From positions 114,864,397 to 114,928,396 of the forward strand of contig CM097887.1 of assembly GCA_044892525.1 (NCBI GenBank): a DNA stretch of 64,000 nt. Reading direction: 5' to 3'. Shown here in pieces: positions 27,770 through 40,224 of the stretch. Each line of letters starts with the position of its first letter. The stretch's first letter is position 1. The notes beneath the pieces were generated by a model. It did no database searches. It saw only the letters and a list, made by a program, of their open reading frames with translations, and was not told the DNA's origin. The DNA is from Schmidtea polychroa (taxonomy: Eukaryota). Both the position numbers and the translations under genes were made by a program.

Positions 27770-28126
27770 CTTAAGAACCTGTTTTTATTTAATCTATAAT
27801 AATTAGAATTATGATTTTTTGAATATATTTTTTATTATATTTTTAATTTTTTTTTCTCATGCTGAATATTTTTGTAATAAAACTTGAAGTTAACTTAGTT
27901 TTACTGATTCATAGTTAGATTTTAACAAATACAATATATAAACAAGCTTTTATCAAAATATATACTAAATATTTAATAAAATATAAAATTAAAATAAAAC
28001 ACTATTAAAATAGAAATTATGTGGGTCACACTATCAGATGAAAAATGATAACTTGCTTGCATATATAATATTTATGGATGGTTGGTTTAATTTTAAATTA
28101 AAATGTTGTTTTTTAAAAAGTATATG

Positions 28127-29002
28127 CAGGGCCTGTTCTTCCTTAGGGCAAAATTGGTATTTCCCAAGGGCACCAAAGAGTTGGGGGCACTCATTTTGTT
28201 CTCAATATTTGAAAAAAAATTTTACAAAATAATTTTTTTTAAAGTTAATTGTATTTTATTTTTTATTTTTTGCTTTCTAAAATTTTTCTTTTAAATTCAT
28301 TAAATTCATTACAAAATCAATGTATGTATTTCTTTTCATTTGATGATATAGGTATACTTGTATCTTGTTGAAATTATATAAATAAGAAAAAAACACGTGA
28401 GAATTACGTTAGAATTGTGATTAGCTAACAAACGATTTACTAGGAAAAAACAGAATTTTAAAATCCTAATTTCTAAAAAAAGCTACATCTACACCAGATA
28501 ATTTGTGAACTGAATTTGTGAATACTGTAAAAATTATATAGAGTGGAAGGTTAGAAGATGGTCTTGATGTCCATTGAAAGGGATTTAATGAAAAAAATAG
28601 AAACAAAGGATGTAATTACCAAATTTGCTGCAATTAAATTACGAAAAGTTGTGTTGTAATCTTTAGCATGAAAGTCAACGAAATAAATATATTATAGACA
28701 TTATAATATATATTATTTGCTTCTTTTTTTATAAAATGTTTTGTGTTGTAGTGAGTATAGGGAGATGAGTTTATAATGAAAATAATATTTTTTCAATTCA
28801 TATGTTCGTATAATGACATTTAGAATATGTTCTTTTCTTTTGTTTATGACGGAGAAGCCGGTTATTTTTATTTTGAATAGCAAATACAACAGTTTGTACT
28901 TGGTGTCTTAATCTCTTAGATATGCAAATCAAATCCACTGGCATTTTTATATATGAGAATAAAACAGTACGTAGGGCGCCCCGTACTTATATGCCGGCAC
29001 TA
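28127..29002 (+). mobile_element. Decayed hAT (Tip100-like) non-autonomous element
   Basis: CAGGGCC... start, ...GCCGGCACTA end; internal C-terminal dimerisation stub LMSIERDLMKKIETKDVITKFAAIKLRKV* near 28560-28660; TSD not clear. Confidence 0.55.
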
Positions 29003-29808
29003 TATGTATTATATTTTTAAAAGTAAAAATACATTTGCGAGAAGAAAATCTATTTTCTGTATATCGTTTATTATTGTTTATTAAAGATTTAGCTAACTTC
29101 CAACTTTGAGTAATATTTTTACATCCAAAAAAACCACTTATAATCTTTTTCAAATTTATAAAATCTTGATTCTTTTTATATATAAAACTCATTATAATTC
29201 ACGCTTACCTTTATGAAATATTTGTTTAATCTTCTAATGTATGAAAATGGAAAAATTAAGTAATGCTAATCTCTAATTAACCATTCTGTTAAAATTCTTT
29301 ATGAAGCTCTTTTACTTTTATCATACCATTAAAGCAAAATTTAATTATCCGATATTTTTATTTGATTTTAAATTTTCAAATATTAAAAAATTTGTTTCAA
29401 TTTATTCAAATTTTCCTTTTTAAAACCTAATAAAAGTACAAATATTTTATTATAAATTTACTAATAAGTAAGAAAAAGTAAGAAAATTAATAAAAATTAA
29501 AATTAAAAAACACCCTTTAAAAATTTCTTATTATGTCAACATCATTAAATTTAATGTTATAATGTTTTCCACACTTAACAAGAATCAATTTGATTTTCTT
29601 TGATTTTTTACCATTAAAAAGTGAAATAATTTCCATGTGAAATCCTTGATTTGTTCAAGGTTTCCATCAAAGCTTGATTAATTCAGCTACTACTATATTT
29701 TTCAACAATATGTTACAACTTTTATTAATATCACTTTAAAATACAAGAATTTTCAAGAATCTATATCAAAGTAATTTTTCTTTCTATTAAAAGATAACCG
29801 ATCTCAAA

Positions 29809-30330
29809 GAGTCAATACACCAATTACGCGGTACCCATTTTACGCGGTTTGCTTTTTACGCGGTCATAAAAAATAATATTTTTTTATGATATCAAACATA
29901 TTTGGTGGCGTGTTTCAAATGCATATATTGCATAAGATTACTCAGATTTCAACTACCAGACGCCTGTAACCCACTCCATTACGCGTGCAGTATTGTGTTG
30001 TGGAGTGCATGTGTTTCGCTCAAGATTTTGCTCGTTTATACACCCAATTCCAAAATTTTTCATGCATTTTTCATTATGTGTTTTGTGTTTAAATATCGAT
30101 TTTTTAAATCTATTTCTAAATGAAATTGTATTTTTTATGCCTCGTTTTACGCGAGTTTCTGGAACCTATCCCTTTACTTTATATGAACTCGAAGTCTCGA
30201 TTTACGCAGATTTTTATTTTCTGGAACCTATCTATCATTTTTGTATGAATTTGAAGTCTCGATTTACGCGGTTTCGATTTGCGCTTTAGTTTCTTGGAAC
30301 GTATCTACCGCGTAAATCGAGGGATTGGTT
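29809..30330. mobile_element. Tigger/pogo-type MITE
   Basis: Degenerate TIRs AGTCAAT..TTACGCGGTA and TACCGCGTAAATCGAGGGATTG; internal repeated CGATTTACGCG and GGAACCTATC motifs. Confidence 0.65.
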
Positions 30331-30901
30331 TACCTCTAAATTTAACGAACTAAATTTAACAAGAAACTTTTTTAATACCATTAATAAGCTAAAGAATAAT
30401 TAGATTCAATTAATTTTGTTTTTCCATTCTTTGCAACCTTTTAGTCATTTTTAAAAAACATTTTCTTTGGCTACTTTTTGATAATTCGTAGTTGAATAGT
30501 GGTTCTATTTATTTAAATAAAATTATTTTTAGGTGAATTGCGATTTTGATATTGAAGGGCATGTCGAAATTGGATTGATTGTAATTGACAAATTAATTTA
30601 AAATATGAAATATTACATTTTCGCGAAATTATAGCTTAAAACCAATTCGGACAATTAATGAAAGTAAAATAAAATCTGATCCCACGTGTTTTTTAGATTA
30701 AAATAACAAGACACAACACAAATGAATTTAATTTACAAAACAGTAATTACAAAGATGCAATCATTCAACAATAACAGTTTGGTCGAAGAGCTCATTTTCT
30801 TAAGAACGACCGCCTTGTTCATTTTCAAATTCAAAATAACGCATAATCATTTTTTTTCCGAATAATAACAATTTTTCCGTGTCCATACCAGGAGATAATG
30901 T

Positions 30902-31174
30902 CATCATTGAACAACCTAATGGTCGCATCTCGGTTGATTGGGTAGAAAACTGCTTAATATCCGCAACAGAACGACTTATTATGTCGCAAGGCATTTCATA
31001 TCCATGTTTATATCAAAATCGAGCTGCTTCCATTTGTGCGCGACATACTTGAGATCGATAATCAGGGATCATACCAGTCATAACACCTCCAGTACTTTCA
31101 GTAATATTAAACAATCTTGTAGCTGAACTCTTCTCAATCATTTTATCTGGAACCTGTCTTTGTGTAGCTACACA
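30902..31174 (-). pseudogene. PSMA6: Proteasome subunit alpha type-6 fragment (middle of the protein)
   Basis: CVATQRQVPDKMIEKSSATRLFNITESTGGVMTGMIPDYRSQVCRAQMEAARF*YKHGYEMPCDIISRSVADIKQFSTQSTEMRPLGCSMM aligns by eye with PSMA6 (VIVTQKKVPDKLL..THLFKITENIGCVMTGM..DSRSQVQRARYEAA..YKYGYEIP.D.....ADISQ.YTQ.AEMRPLGC); one stop at 31013-31015. Confidence 0.9.
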
Positions 31175-31219
31175 TAAATTTGATCTCATATTATTCTTTT
31201 CTGAACACAAAACAATATC

Positions 31220-31498
31220 GATTCGGCCATTTTGATCTTGAGCAAATTTCAACAAATTTGTTTGATCCATATTCAACTCACCAGGTACAGATTGAACTAA
31301 TTGCCGGTCTCGAGATAATGTGATTAGAGAAAATCCATTACCCAGAATTTTAATAGATTTGATAGATCTGATAACATCGTCTTTACAAATAGTTTCTATT
31401 TCCATTTTGCTGCGGGTTCTATTCAACCTTGCCACTAAATCATCGAGATCCATCAATCCCCCGTTATATTTAGATGTTGCCATTGTAATTTCAATTAT
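31220..31498 (-). pseudogene. SNF8: ESCRT-II subunit SNF8/Vps22/EAP30 fragment
   Basis: IIEITMATSKYNGGLMDLDDL...DDVIRSIKSIKILGNGF...LVQSVPGELNMDQT..LKFAQ..NG matches SNF8 (IIEVCLA..HRNGGLI.L.EL...DDLIRAIKKLK.LG.GF...LIQSVP.ELNMDHT..LQLAE.NG); both termini missing. Confidence 0.9.
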
Positions 31499-31562
31499 TC
31501 AAAAAACCAATCGAATAAAACTCCATAAACAAAGAAGATTTCCATTTCCATGCACAATTTTA

Positions 31563-31624
31563 CGCGTCTGTGTGCGCACACAACCAAAAATACACAAGGA
31601 GAGCAAAAAGCGCACACAGACGCG
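31563..31624. repeat. Perfect 15-bp GC-rich inverted repeat (hairpin)
   Basis: CGCGTCTGTGTGCGC (31563-31577) and GCGCACACAGACGCG (31610-31624); overlapping 14-bp palindrome TGTGTGCGCACACA (31569-31582). Confidence 0.9.
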
Positions 31625-33372
31625 AGCATCGAATTAAACACGCCTCAAACTGCTTTATTCCTTTTAAACCTGATTGACACTTATTGCAAGAACAATACCC
31701 TAAAATACCTTTGATATTAACACTTGAACGAAGTTTATCGCAAACTGATAATGATAAATTCGGCTAACTTTGTCTTCCATTATATATGACTAAATTGCGC
31801 ATTAATCGACTTTTTTAAAGTTTTTATTTAAAATAAATGAAAAATATTATTTTTGACAGGCCATTATTATCTATGTTAAATTTAGGAGATTTTGATTTAT
31901 TATTGAAATAATTAATGCCTTCAACAGGATTTAAATTAATTAGTTTGTGTTTATGTAATTACTCTGTACAGGGAAGAGATCACTCATATCTTTTCCCCGA
32001 AAAATATTGATTTTTCCAATTTTTAATTAATTTTTGAACTTAAATTTGTATTTAAAATTTCAATATCTTCGTCTTTGAATCTTTGTGCCTTTAAATTTAT
32101 TTGCACTCACTTGTGTAACCACAATATTATTAATTTCAACCATTATATATTAGCTCCGCCTATATCCTCTATAAATGATAATCATTTCAGCGTTGAAAAC
32201 CGAAGTCATGTAATAGAAACAGAGTTGATTTTGTTTAAATCGAGTTAAAATTTTCTTTTCCTTCGAAATAAATGATCCAATTTAAATTGTTTTTAGCGTT
32301 TCCGATATACTTGACAATGTATAAATAATTTAGAAATATATCATCAAACTCTTTTCAGTCCAGCCAAAATTGCTCAAATAATATTTTGACATTTTATAAA
32401 TTAATATCATTTGAATTATTGTTATCGTTTTAACTAATTTTTCAATGAAAAAATCTTGTTTTTTATTTCTATTGGTTGAAAATATTCGTATTTTTTAATG
32501 ATATTAATTATTCTTAAAGAAAACTAATAATTAATCATTATAAATAATATTTTATATTTTTTGTTTTATTTTGTTTTGTTCTTTAAAATGACAGAATAGC
32601 TTATTCATTTCAAACAAAATTACTGATGTCATTTTCAGTTTCATCAGTTTCACCTAATTGGCAGCAAATGTAACATAAAAATGATGTTTTCTTATTATAT
32701 TTTCTGTTGATTGACCAATTTCTGACACAATCTGTCCGTTTATGAATTCGATTGTTCCAGACTTATGTTGTGTATATAGTATATATCAGTTTTCTACTTT
32801 TTTCACACTTTCTTTTCAGTCAAATCATTTCGGTATATTCAATATTTATTGCTACCTGACTTTCGATTGATAATATTGACAGTGCATTTAAACTCTTTTC
32901 TTTAATTGTTGCTCTTGTGAGGAATTTTCAGCTGAGAGTTAAATATTCCAATGATTTATCAAAATAATTTTAAATTGTAAATAATTGATTATTAAAATAA
33001 CTTTTAAATAATTTTTAAATTGGATTTTTTAAGTTGAAATTTTTGAATTAAAAATTAAAATAGATTTTTAAAAAAGAAGTTTTATTAATGAAAAATTTTT
33101 AAATAAATATGTTTTAAATATTGAAATATTTTGATAAAAGGTTTTGAAAATTTTTTTTTCAACGCTGAAAATTTGTTTAAAATTATACAATATGTGATAT
33201 AATAAATACTTGGGATTATGTCGTTAACTTTTGAACCGGATTTAAAAAATAATTTAGAAGATGTGTTAGCAGATTCTAATAACTCTTAAATATTTTTTTA
33301 GTATTTTTAGTAAGAAAAAAACTGCGTTCTACAGAAGCATTAGTGTCTGTGTACGGAGGGATATAGTTAATA

Positions 33373-34887
33373 TACTGCCCGACACTATTTTTAGCACAGT
33401 AAGAAATTTCGTTACAAAATCATGAAAAATCATGTAATAAATGAAATAAATTTTGTATGATTGTAATTAATATAGTAATACTTTTAATAATTATCACTAC
33501 TTAGACATATATTATTTTTTGTTTAAATAATATTTGAATTCTTAGGTTTTTTAAAAATTAAAATACGACACAATTTTTAGCACACTTTAAACTTTAAAGA
33601 TTTTTAAGTATTAATAATTTTAACCTATCTTTTTATACTACTTTATATGATTTTAATGTTTATAATAATTTTAGAATTGATTATGAGATCTCCAGATTTA
33701 AAGAAAGTTGCTATAAAGATGAAACTGGGCATGTCTAGATATGCTGTTAAGAATTTAGTCACCTACAAATAAGTGTTACATAAACGCAAACGTGGAAACA
33801 GAAGAAAAATAAGTAAAGCAGACGCGTTATCCATCAAAAGAGAAACTGCATGGATAACGAGAGCACAGGAAAAGTTAATTCGCCCAAGATCAAGAGAAAT
33901 TGTGGCCTAGCTGTATCAACAAGGACAGTACAAAGGTATATGCAGCTTGCTGGTATGAAATACGCAAAAAGTTATCACGAAATCATCCTATCTAAGAAAC
34001 ACAAGGAAGAAAGAATGAAAGTGATAACAGAATGGATTTCGACCAATCACATTTGGGAGAATACTATATTCTCAGACGAAAAAAGGTTCACACTTGATGG
34101 ACCAGATTGTTGGATGACATATATTCCGAAAACATCAAAATATGTGCGTAATATTCGGCAATGTCATGGAGGTGGAATTATGGTCTGGCTGATGATCCTT
34201 CCTAACGGACTTCTATCTTTCCACATGATAACTGGCAAATTTAAGTCGACCGATCACATTACCCTGTTGAAGACCTTTGCTGTGCCAATAATGAAAGTTA
34301 ACCTAAAGAGGAATTTTTACTTCCAGCAAGACAATTGCACAGTACACAAAGCACGGATTGTCCAAGATTATCTGAAATCAAGTTTATATATCAAGTTTAT
34401 ATATATTAGTTTATATATCAACGATTACATGGCCGTCACGAAGGCCAGACTTGAACATAGTTGAGGATGTCTGGAAGATGATTTCAGATATGGTTTATGA
34501 CGGACCGCAGTTCTTAAACATAGCTGTTTTAGAAAAAAAAATTACGGATGTCATATCTCTTATCAACTGTACCAGGCGACATAAAATTTCTATGCATCAA
34601 TAAGATTGAGACTGTGTAAAGTTCTGAGTAATCACGGAAATTTGTATAATTGTTAAGTATTAGTGTGTATAAATAAAGTGTGCTAAAAATTGTGTCGTAT
34701 TTTAATTTTTAAAAAACCTAAGAATTCAAATATTATTTAAACAAAAAATAATATATGTCTAAGTAGTGATAATTATTAAAAGTATTACTATATTAATTAC
34801 AATCATACAAAATTTATTTCATTTATTACATTATTCATGATTTTGTAACGAAATTTCTTACTGTGCTAAAAATAGTGTCGGGCAGTA
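33373..34887 (+). mobile_element. Full-length Tc1-like (DD34E) element with ~215-bp IR/DR-type TIRs
   Basis: Near-perfect long inverted repeats starting TACTGCCCGACACTATTTTTAGCACAG, each with an inner direct repeat CGACAC(T/A)ATTTTTAGCACA; TA flanks; transposase motifs IFSDEKRFTLDGPD, FQQDNCTVH, WPSRRPDLNIVE. Confidence 0.92.
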
Positions 34888-35730
34888 TATAATATTTATG
34901 TTTGGAAATATTATTTCGATTTTTTTATATCTAAAACAAGTTTAATAAGATCTAGCATTGAATGCTCTTGGACATTAATAGATATTAGTGAGATTTTTGT
35001 GCAAATTTCCAATAAGATTTTTTTAAAAAATATTTTGTATAGAGAAAATCAGTATATTTTTTTATTTACTAAATTGAAGCGCCACATTGTTCTTGGCGCC
35101 CTGAGGAGATGGCCTCAATTAGTTTAATAGATCCGGCTTAATAGATCTTACTATTTGTATTTAAATTTGAATAATATGAATGTACAACGAAATTTGGTAA
35201 GATATTGTGATATCTTCATACATAGTGCGTTTAATTAGTCCCTCGCCTAATATAGAATTAAAATTAATAACTTAGTCAGTTTTAATTTCGAAGTAGTCAT
35301 ATAAGCATAGGTAAAGAAGATGTAATGTAATTATTGTTATATTTAAACTAGTTATTATTAATATTTTATAAGTTGTAACTTGTAGCTATGTAGCAGTAAC
35401 TGCTTCAAAAAGTCTGATATTATATAACAATCATACACAATTTCCTAATTTAATCTTTTTTTAGCTTTAGTTTCAATTGCTGTTGACTAAATTCAAACAA
35501 CTGTGAGAAATTAATTAAAACACACACTGAAACGTTTTTCAAAAATAATTGTTATATTTTAATAATTTTTATATTTAATTAAACTCCAGAAACATCAAAG
35601 TACTGAAACTGATCGGCCTTTCAATTTACATAGGAGATTGAGACAAGCTTTGGCTTGTAATACTATGAAAGAAAATAAACGCAAAATAACGAACTATCAA
35701 AATATGTTTCTACAAAAGCGTGGCCTACTG

Positions 35731-36199
35731 CAGCGATATTCAACCGGTGGTATGCGTACACTTAGGGGTACGACTGCTGTTGCCAAGGGGTACGCCAGGA
35801 AAAATATTATAAAAATATTTACTGCAAAAACAGACAAAATAAATGTTTTCATGTGTTTGAAAAAGATTTAAATAAACTAATAAAATTTTCAGTAAAATTT
35901 AACTGATACGATTCGATTTGTTCGTAACAATAATAATTTTAATAAATATTTATATTATAGATATTTATATTATTTATTTATATTATTTATATTATTTATA
36001 TTATTTATACTATACTATATTTATATATTATTTATACTATACTATATTTATACTATATTTATATTATTTATACTATACTGGTCCTCTAATTAACTGAAAT
36101 GAGTATTTTTTAAAAAAACGATTCTAATAATTTTTTTCTATGGTTTCTCACACAATTAAACTTTTGGCTTGGGGGTACAACAAAAGGTTAGTAAGCATT
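35731..36199. mobile_element. Decayed Charlie-type hAT MITE containing an AT minisatellite
   Basis: CAGCGATATTCAACC start, GGGGTAC motifs, AAAAGGTT..AAGCA end; (TATATTATTTA)-like repeats at about 35960-36078; no clean TSD. Confidence 0.45.
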
Positions 36200-36397
36200 A
36201 TGTACTGCAGTATGTACAATGTATATGAAAAAAGCACTGTAAACATCTTTAAAGAATTGCTTCAAAGAATTAAAGAGTGCTATTTTATCATTAACAATGT
36301 CAATCATCACAAGTTATAAAGTCTAAAAGTTATTCTCTAAAGTTTAGCAAATTTTAATAAAAATATTGACTTCGGAATTTTAACAAAACATCTTTAA

Positions 36398-36623
36398 CCC
36401 TATTAACGCTAGGTTGTGACTTTGAATCACATTTTGTTTTAATTACTAGATATTATACACAAATACATTGATGTTTCCAAATGATATCAATGTATTCTAT
36501 CATTCGTTAAAAATTTGTTTTTTGTCCAATAACATAATACTCCTTATGTGGATTATTAAAATACAATTTTGCAAGTCACATCGTGGTGTTTTACGTAAGT
36601 ATATCAACCTGGTAATAATAGGG
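36398..36623. mobile_element. piggyBac-type MITE
   Basis: TTAA TSD on both sides; TIR CCCTATTA.....AGGTTG. Confidence 0.8.
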
Positions 36624-37786
36624 TTAAAACTGATTTTTATTATAAACAATAGACATTTACTTTAAAAGTTTCCTTTAAAAACAGAAAATAATAAAATTTT
36701 GCAATAAAATACAATCGAAAGGCATATAAATTAATTAAAAAAAGATCAAAAATTTTCAATTTCACATGCTGGCTATTTTCTAGTATAACTTGAAGGAGAC
36801 TATTTCATGGTTGAATATTTTCATTTTTGTTTCAATCAAACTGGAAGCTTGTAGAAATTGAATTTTAAAATATTTATTAATTATTTTATATTTAATTGAC
36901 GCNNNNNNNNNNNNNNNNNNNNNNNNNNNNNNNNNNNNNNNNNNNNNNNNNNNNNNNNNNNNNNNNNNNNNNNNNNNNNNNNNNNNNNNNNNNNNNNNNN
37001 NNNNNNNNNNNNNNNNNNNNNNNNNNNNNNNNNNNNNNNNNNNNNNNNNNNNNNTAAATTAATCAAAAATGATAGTCATTTTGTGAAAATAATAAAAATT
37101 TCTGAAAATGAACATATATAGATTCAATTTCATAGTTGTAATAATTTAATTTTAATTTTAATTTATTAATGATTTATTACGTATTATACAAAGAATATAG
37201 AGTATGATATATACCACGTAAGAGTCTTTAAAATTGAGTCTAATCAAATATTGACAGACCGGGTCGTTAATGATGAATCAGGTAAATAAAACCTCATTAC
37301 CAAGCTGGATAACATTTGTTCAAGCTATCAGTTTACACAATATGACAAGATATATTAATAATATTAATAATATTAATAATAATAATAATGATCTTAAATC
37401 TCATAACCATTGTTAAAAAAGCACATTCAATCAATAAAACAATGATTAGCAGTGAAAAGAAAATTATTAAATGTAAATTCACATTTTCTTGTTTTTGCGG
37501 CGTTTTTAATTCTTTCATTTGTTTGAACTGGATTTCATCGTGCTTTTATTTTGTTTGCGCATTTGGATATGCAAACAAACGTTTAATCATTAGAGATATT
37601 TGTCGTCTTAACTGCAAGCCGCAGTTGATTATTTATTATAAAGAAAAACTATTTTATAATATTTATGTTATTAGAATTCAAAGGAAGCAGGGACTAAATA
37701 TTTATTTTGTTCGATTAAGAAAATATATAAAAACAAAAAAATGTTTTTTTTTCTATTATTTAATCAAGATATTGCAAGCAAATTGT

Positions 37787-37788
<2 letters not shown>

Positions 37789-37856
<68 letters not shown>
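37789..37856. repeat. (AAT)n microsatellite
   Basis: Directly visible; it explains the poly-Asn ORF 37741..37959. Confidence 0.95.
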
Positions 37857-37858
<2 letters not shown>

Positions 37859-40152
37859 TATTTTTTAAAACAACAATATTAGAAAAGTATTATTTATTTT
37901 CATTTCCCAAGATGACTGAAAATGCAATTAATTATATTCTCAAAGCCACACCCTTCTAATATTAACGGTTTTTGAGTTAGGTTATTAGTCAAATGGAATA
38001 ATGTAAAGTGTTCATTTTCATGTGACATCGAGTCAAGATAATAATAAAAAAAATTCACAACGAATATTAATTTTTATTTTAGTTTTTTAATTTTTCAATT
38101 CAACAATTACAGTTCGAATTCTTAACTTCTTAAATTTCGTTTACTTTAAAAGATATAATTATTAAAAGGATTTTGACAGATTTAAAAAAATGCTATACTA
38201 ATTAAATACTTTTATTTTTCTGATGAGCAATGAAAATAATTTTGGATTAAATCCTTCAAAAGTTTGATTTATATTTCAATTACAAAATCTTTGAGGTGAA
38301 GAAATTCTACAATATTCAAATTGGCGGGAAAAATACATTTTATCAAAACAAAATTTAATCACGAATATACTAAGATTAATCAACAACTACTTTAATATTA
38401 ATTAACGTAACATTATTCAAGTAAACATTCATACAAAGTATTTATACGGAATTACATAACATACTGTAGTAATCAGGGCAATCAAATATCACATTATAAT
38501 TTCATTACAGAAACTTAAATATTTATTTATAAATGTATTAAGATTTTAGCCAATCAAAATAAGAAAATTTCCAGTAATGAAATTTTAAATATTTAGTTAC
38601 TTACTAAATAATAACTTTTATTGAGTAGTACACAGATTTTGAGTAAGATAGGACAAACCCTTTTACCTTTTATAAACACATGGAAAAAGGCTAACTACAA
38701 CTGATTTATTGAGTCTCCCACAAATATTTATGGTTTCTTCTAACTAAATATAAAATCAGTTACTTTTCCATATTCTTTTAATAAAATAATTCTAGTTAGA
38801 AAAATATTTCAACTGTTAATCTTTTGAATTCTCGTAGATTAACTGACTTATTAAATCAACTGAAAACTTTTTTCGGCCAAAATTGTTTTCTTCACAAAAG
38901 TTTTTCCTAATCATTTCCATATTATTTTATTTAGGATAAAGTTGAAATGTATATCAATAGGAAAAATGTCCTGTCCCAAAGGATTAATTATCGATAATAT
39001 CAGTTTTCTAGAAAATGATTAAAAAATGATAAAACGCTTGATAGACTCTTGTATTTGGATTTTACAATGATCGCTATTCAACGGTTGAGTAAATTTTTTT
39101 TGGCTGGTAAAGATGAATAATTAATTTCTTCATTTTAGATGTTATTAGTGGACGATGTCTTAACAAGGAGAGTTTTGTCGAATTAATTTTCTAGAGATAT
39201 ACGATGCTCATGGCAATATCTAGATATGAGCTTTTCCATATTAAAATTAATTGAATATAACAATTTTGTTTCTTTATTTTTCTGGATTTCCATGTATGAT
39301 TTGGCATTCAAAAGACCTAAAATTATNNNNNNNNNNNNNNNNNNNNNNNNNNNNNNNNNNNNNNNNNNNNNNNNNNNNNNNNNNNNNNNNNNNNNNNNNN
39401 NNNNNNNNNNNNNNNNNNNNNNNNNNNNNNNNNNNNNNNNNNNNNNNNNNNNNNNNNNNNNNNNNNNNNNNNNNNNNNCCTACCGTTACCTGTAACTTAG
39501 CCTTACACCTCTCTGATAGCCCCAAAACTGGAATTACTGTCAATTACTCGAGCTTTGCATAATTTGTTTTTCTACAACTAGATTGTTGTCATCAAAATAA
39601 ATGTTATAATGATTCTCAAAATTTGTGCCTTTGTGCGTGCATCGTGTATGTATTCTTTTATCTGCTAATTTTTGTTATTGTTTTGGTTATTGTTGAAATT
39701 TATATTCGAATTCAGCTAATTTTCAAGGAATGAAAGTTTTTGTTTAAAAGATTAAATCAGTATTTTGTTATTTGAAACATGGAAAAAAGCTGATGATTTT
39801 TTAAAAAATAAATGGTATGTGGTTTAATTTTGTAATTTCTTATTTTACGAATACAAAAATTCAAATAGATGAAATAATTTCAGTCGTGTTGTCAACAACA
39901 AAAGCTAGAGATGATGCAAATTCTAAAAAAATGATTACGGATACAAATAATTATCGATTTTCGATAGGGAATAATGTTACCTGTTGTCGAGAATTTAGTT
40001 TTGTTGGAATAAAACAAAGTTATTTGCGGTTGAAAAATAAAAAGGGGAGAGGGATGAATATTAAAATTACACTTATTAAATAATAATAATAAGTTGCTTT
40101 AATATTATTTTGTAGTTTAATGTATTTCAGGAATGATTGAAATATTTTTTAC

Positions 40153-40157
<5 letters not shown>

Positions 40158-40221
<64 letters not shown>
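40158..40221. repeat. (TA)n microsatellite
   Basis: Directly visible. Confidence 0.95.

Positions 40222-40224
<3 letters not shown>

Noticed and set aside
31320-31637. Plus-strand 105-aa ORF
   Set aside because: Antisense of the SNF8 fragment and the hairpin; no recognisable protein.
38215-38260. CTGATGAG..GAAA hammerhead-like words
   Set aside because: No credible stems I-III and no Penelope context.
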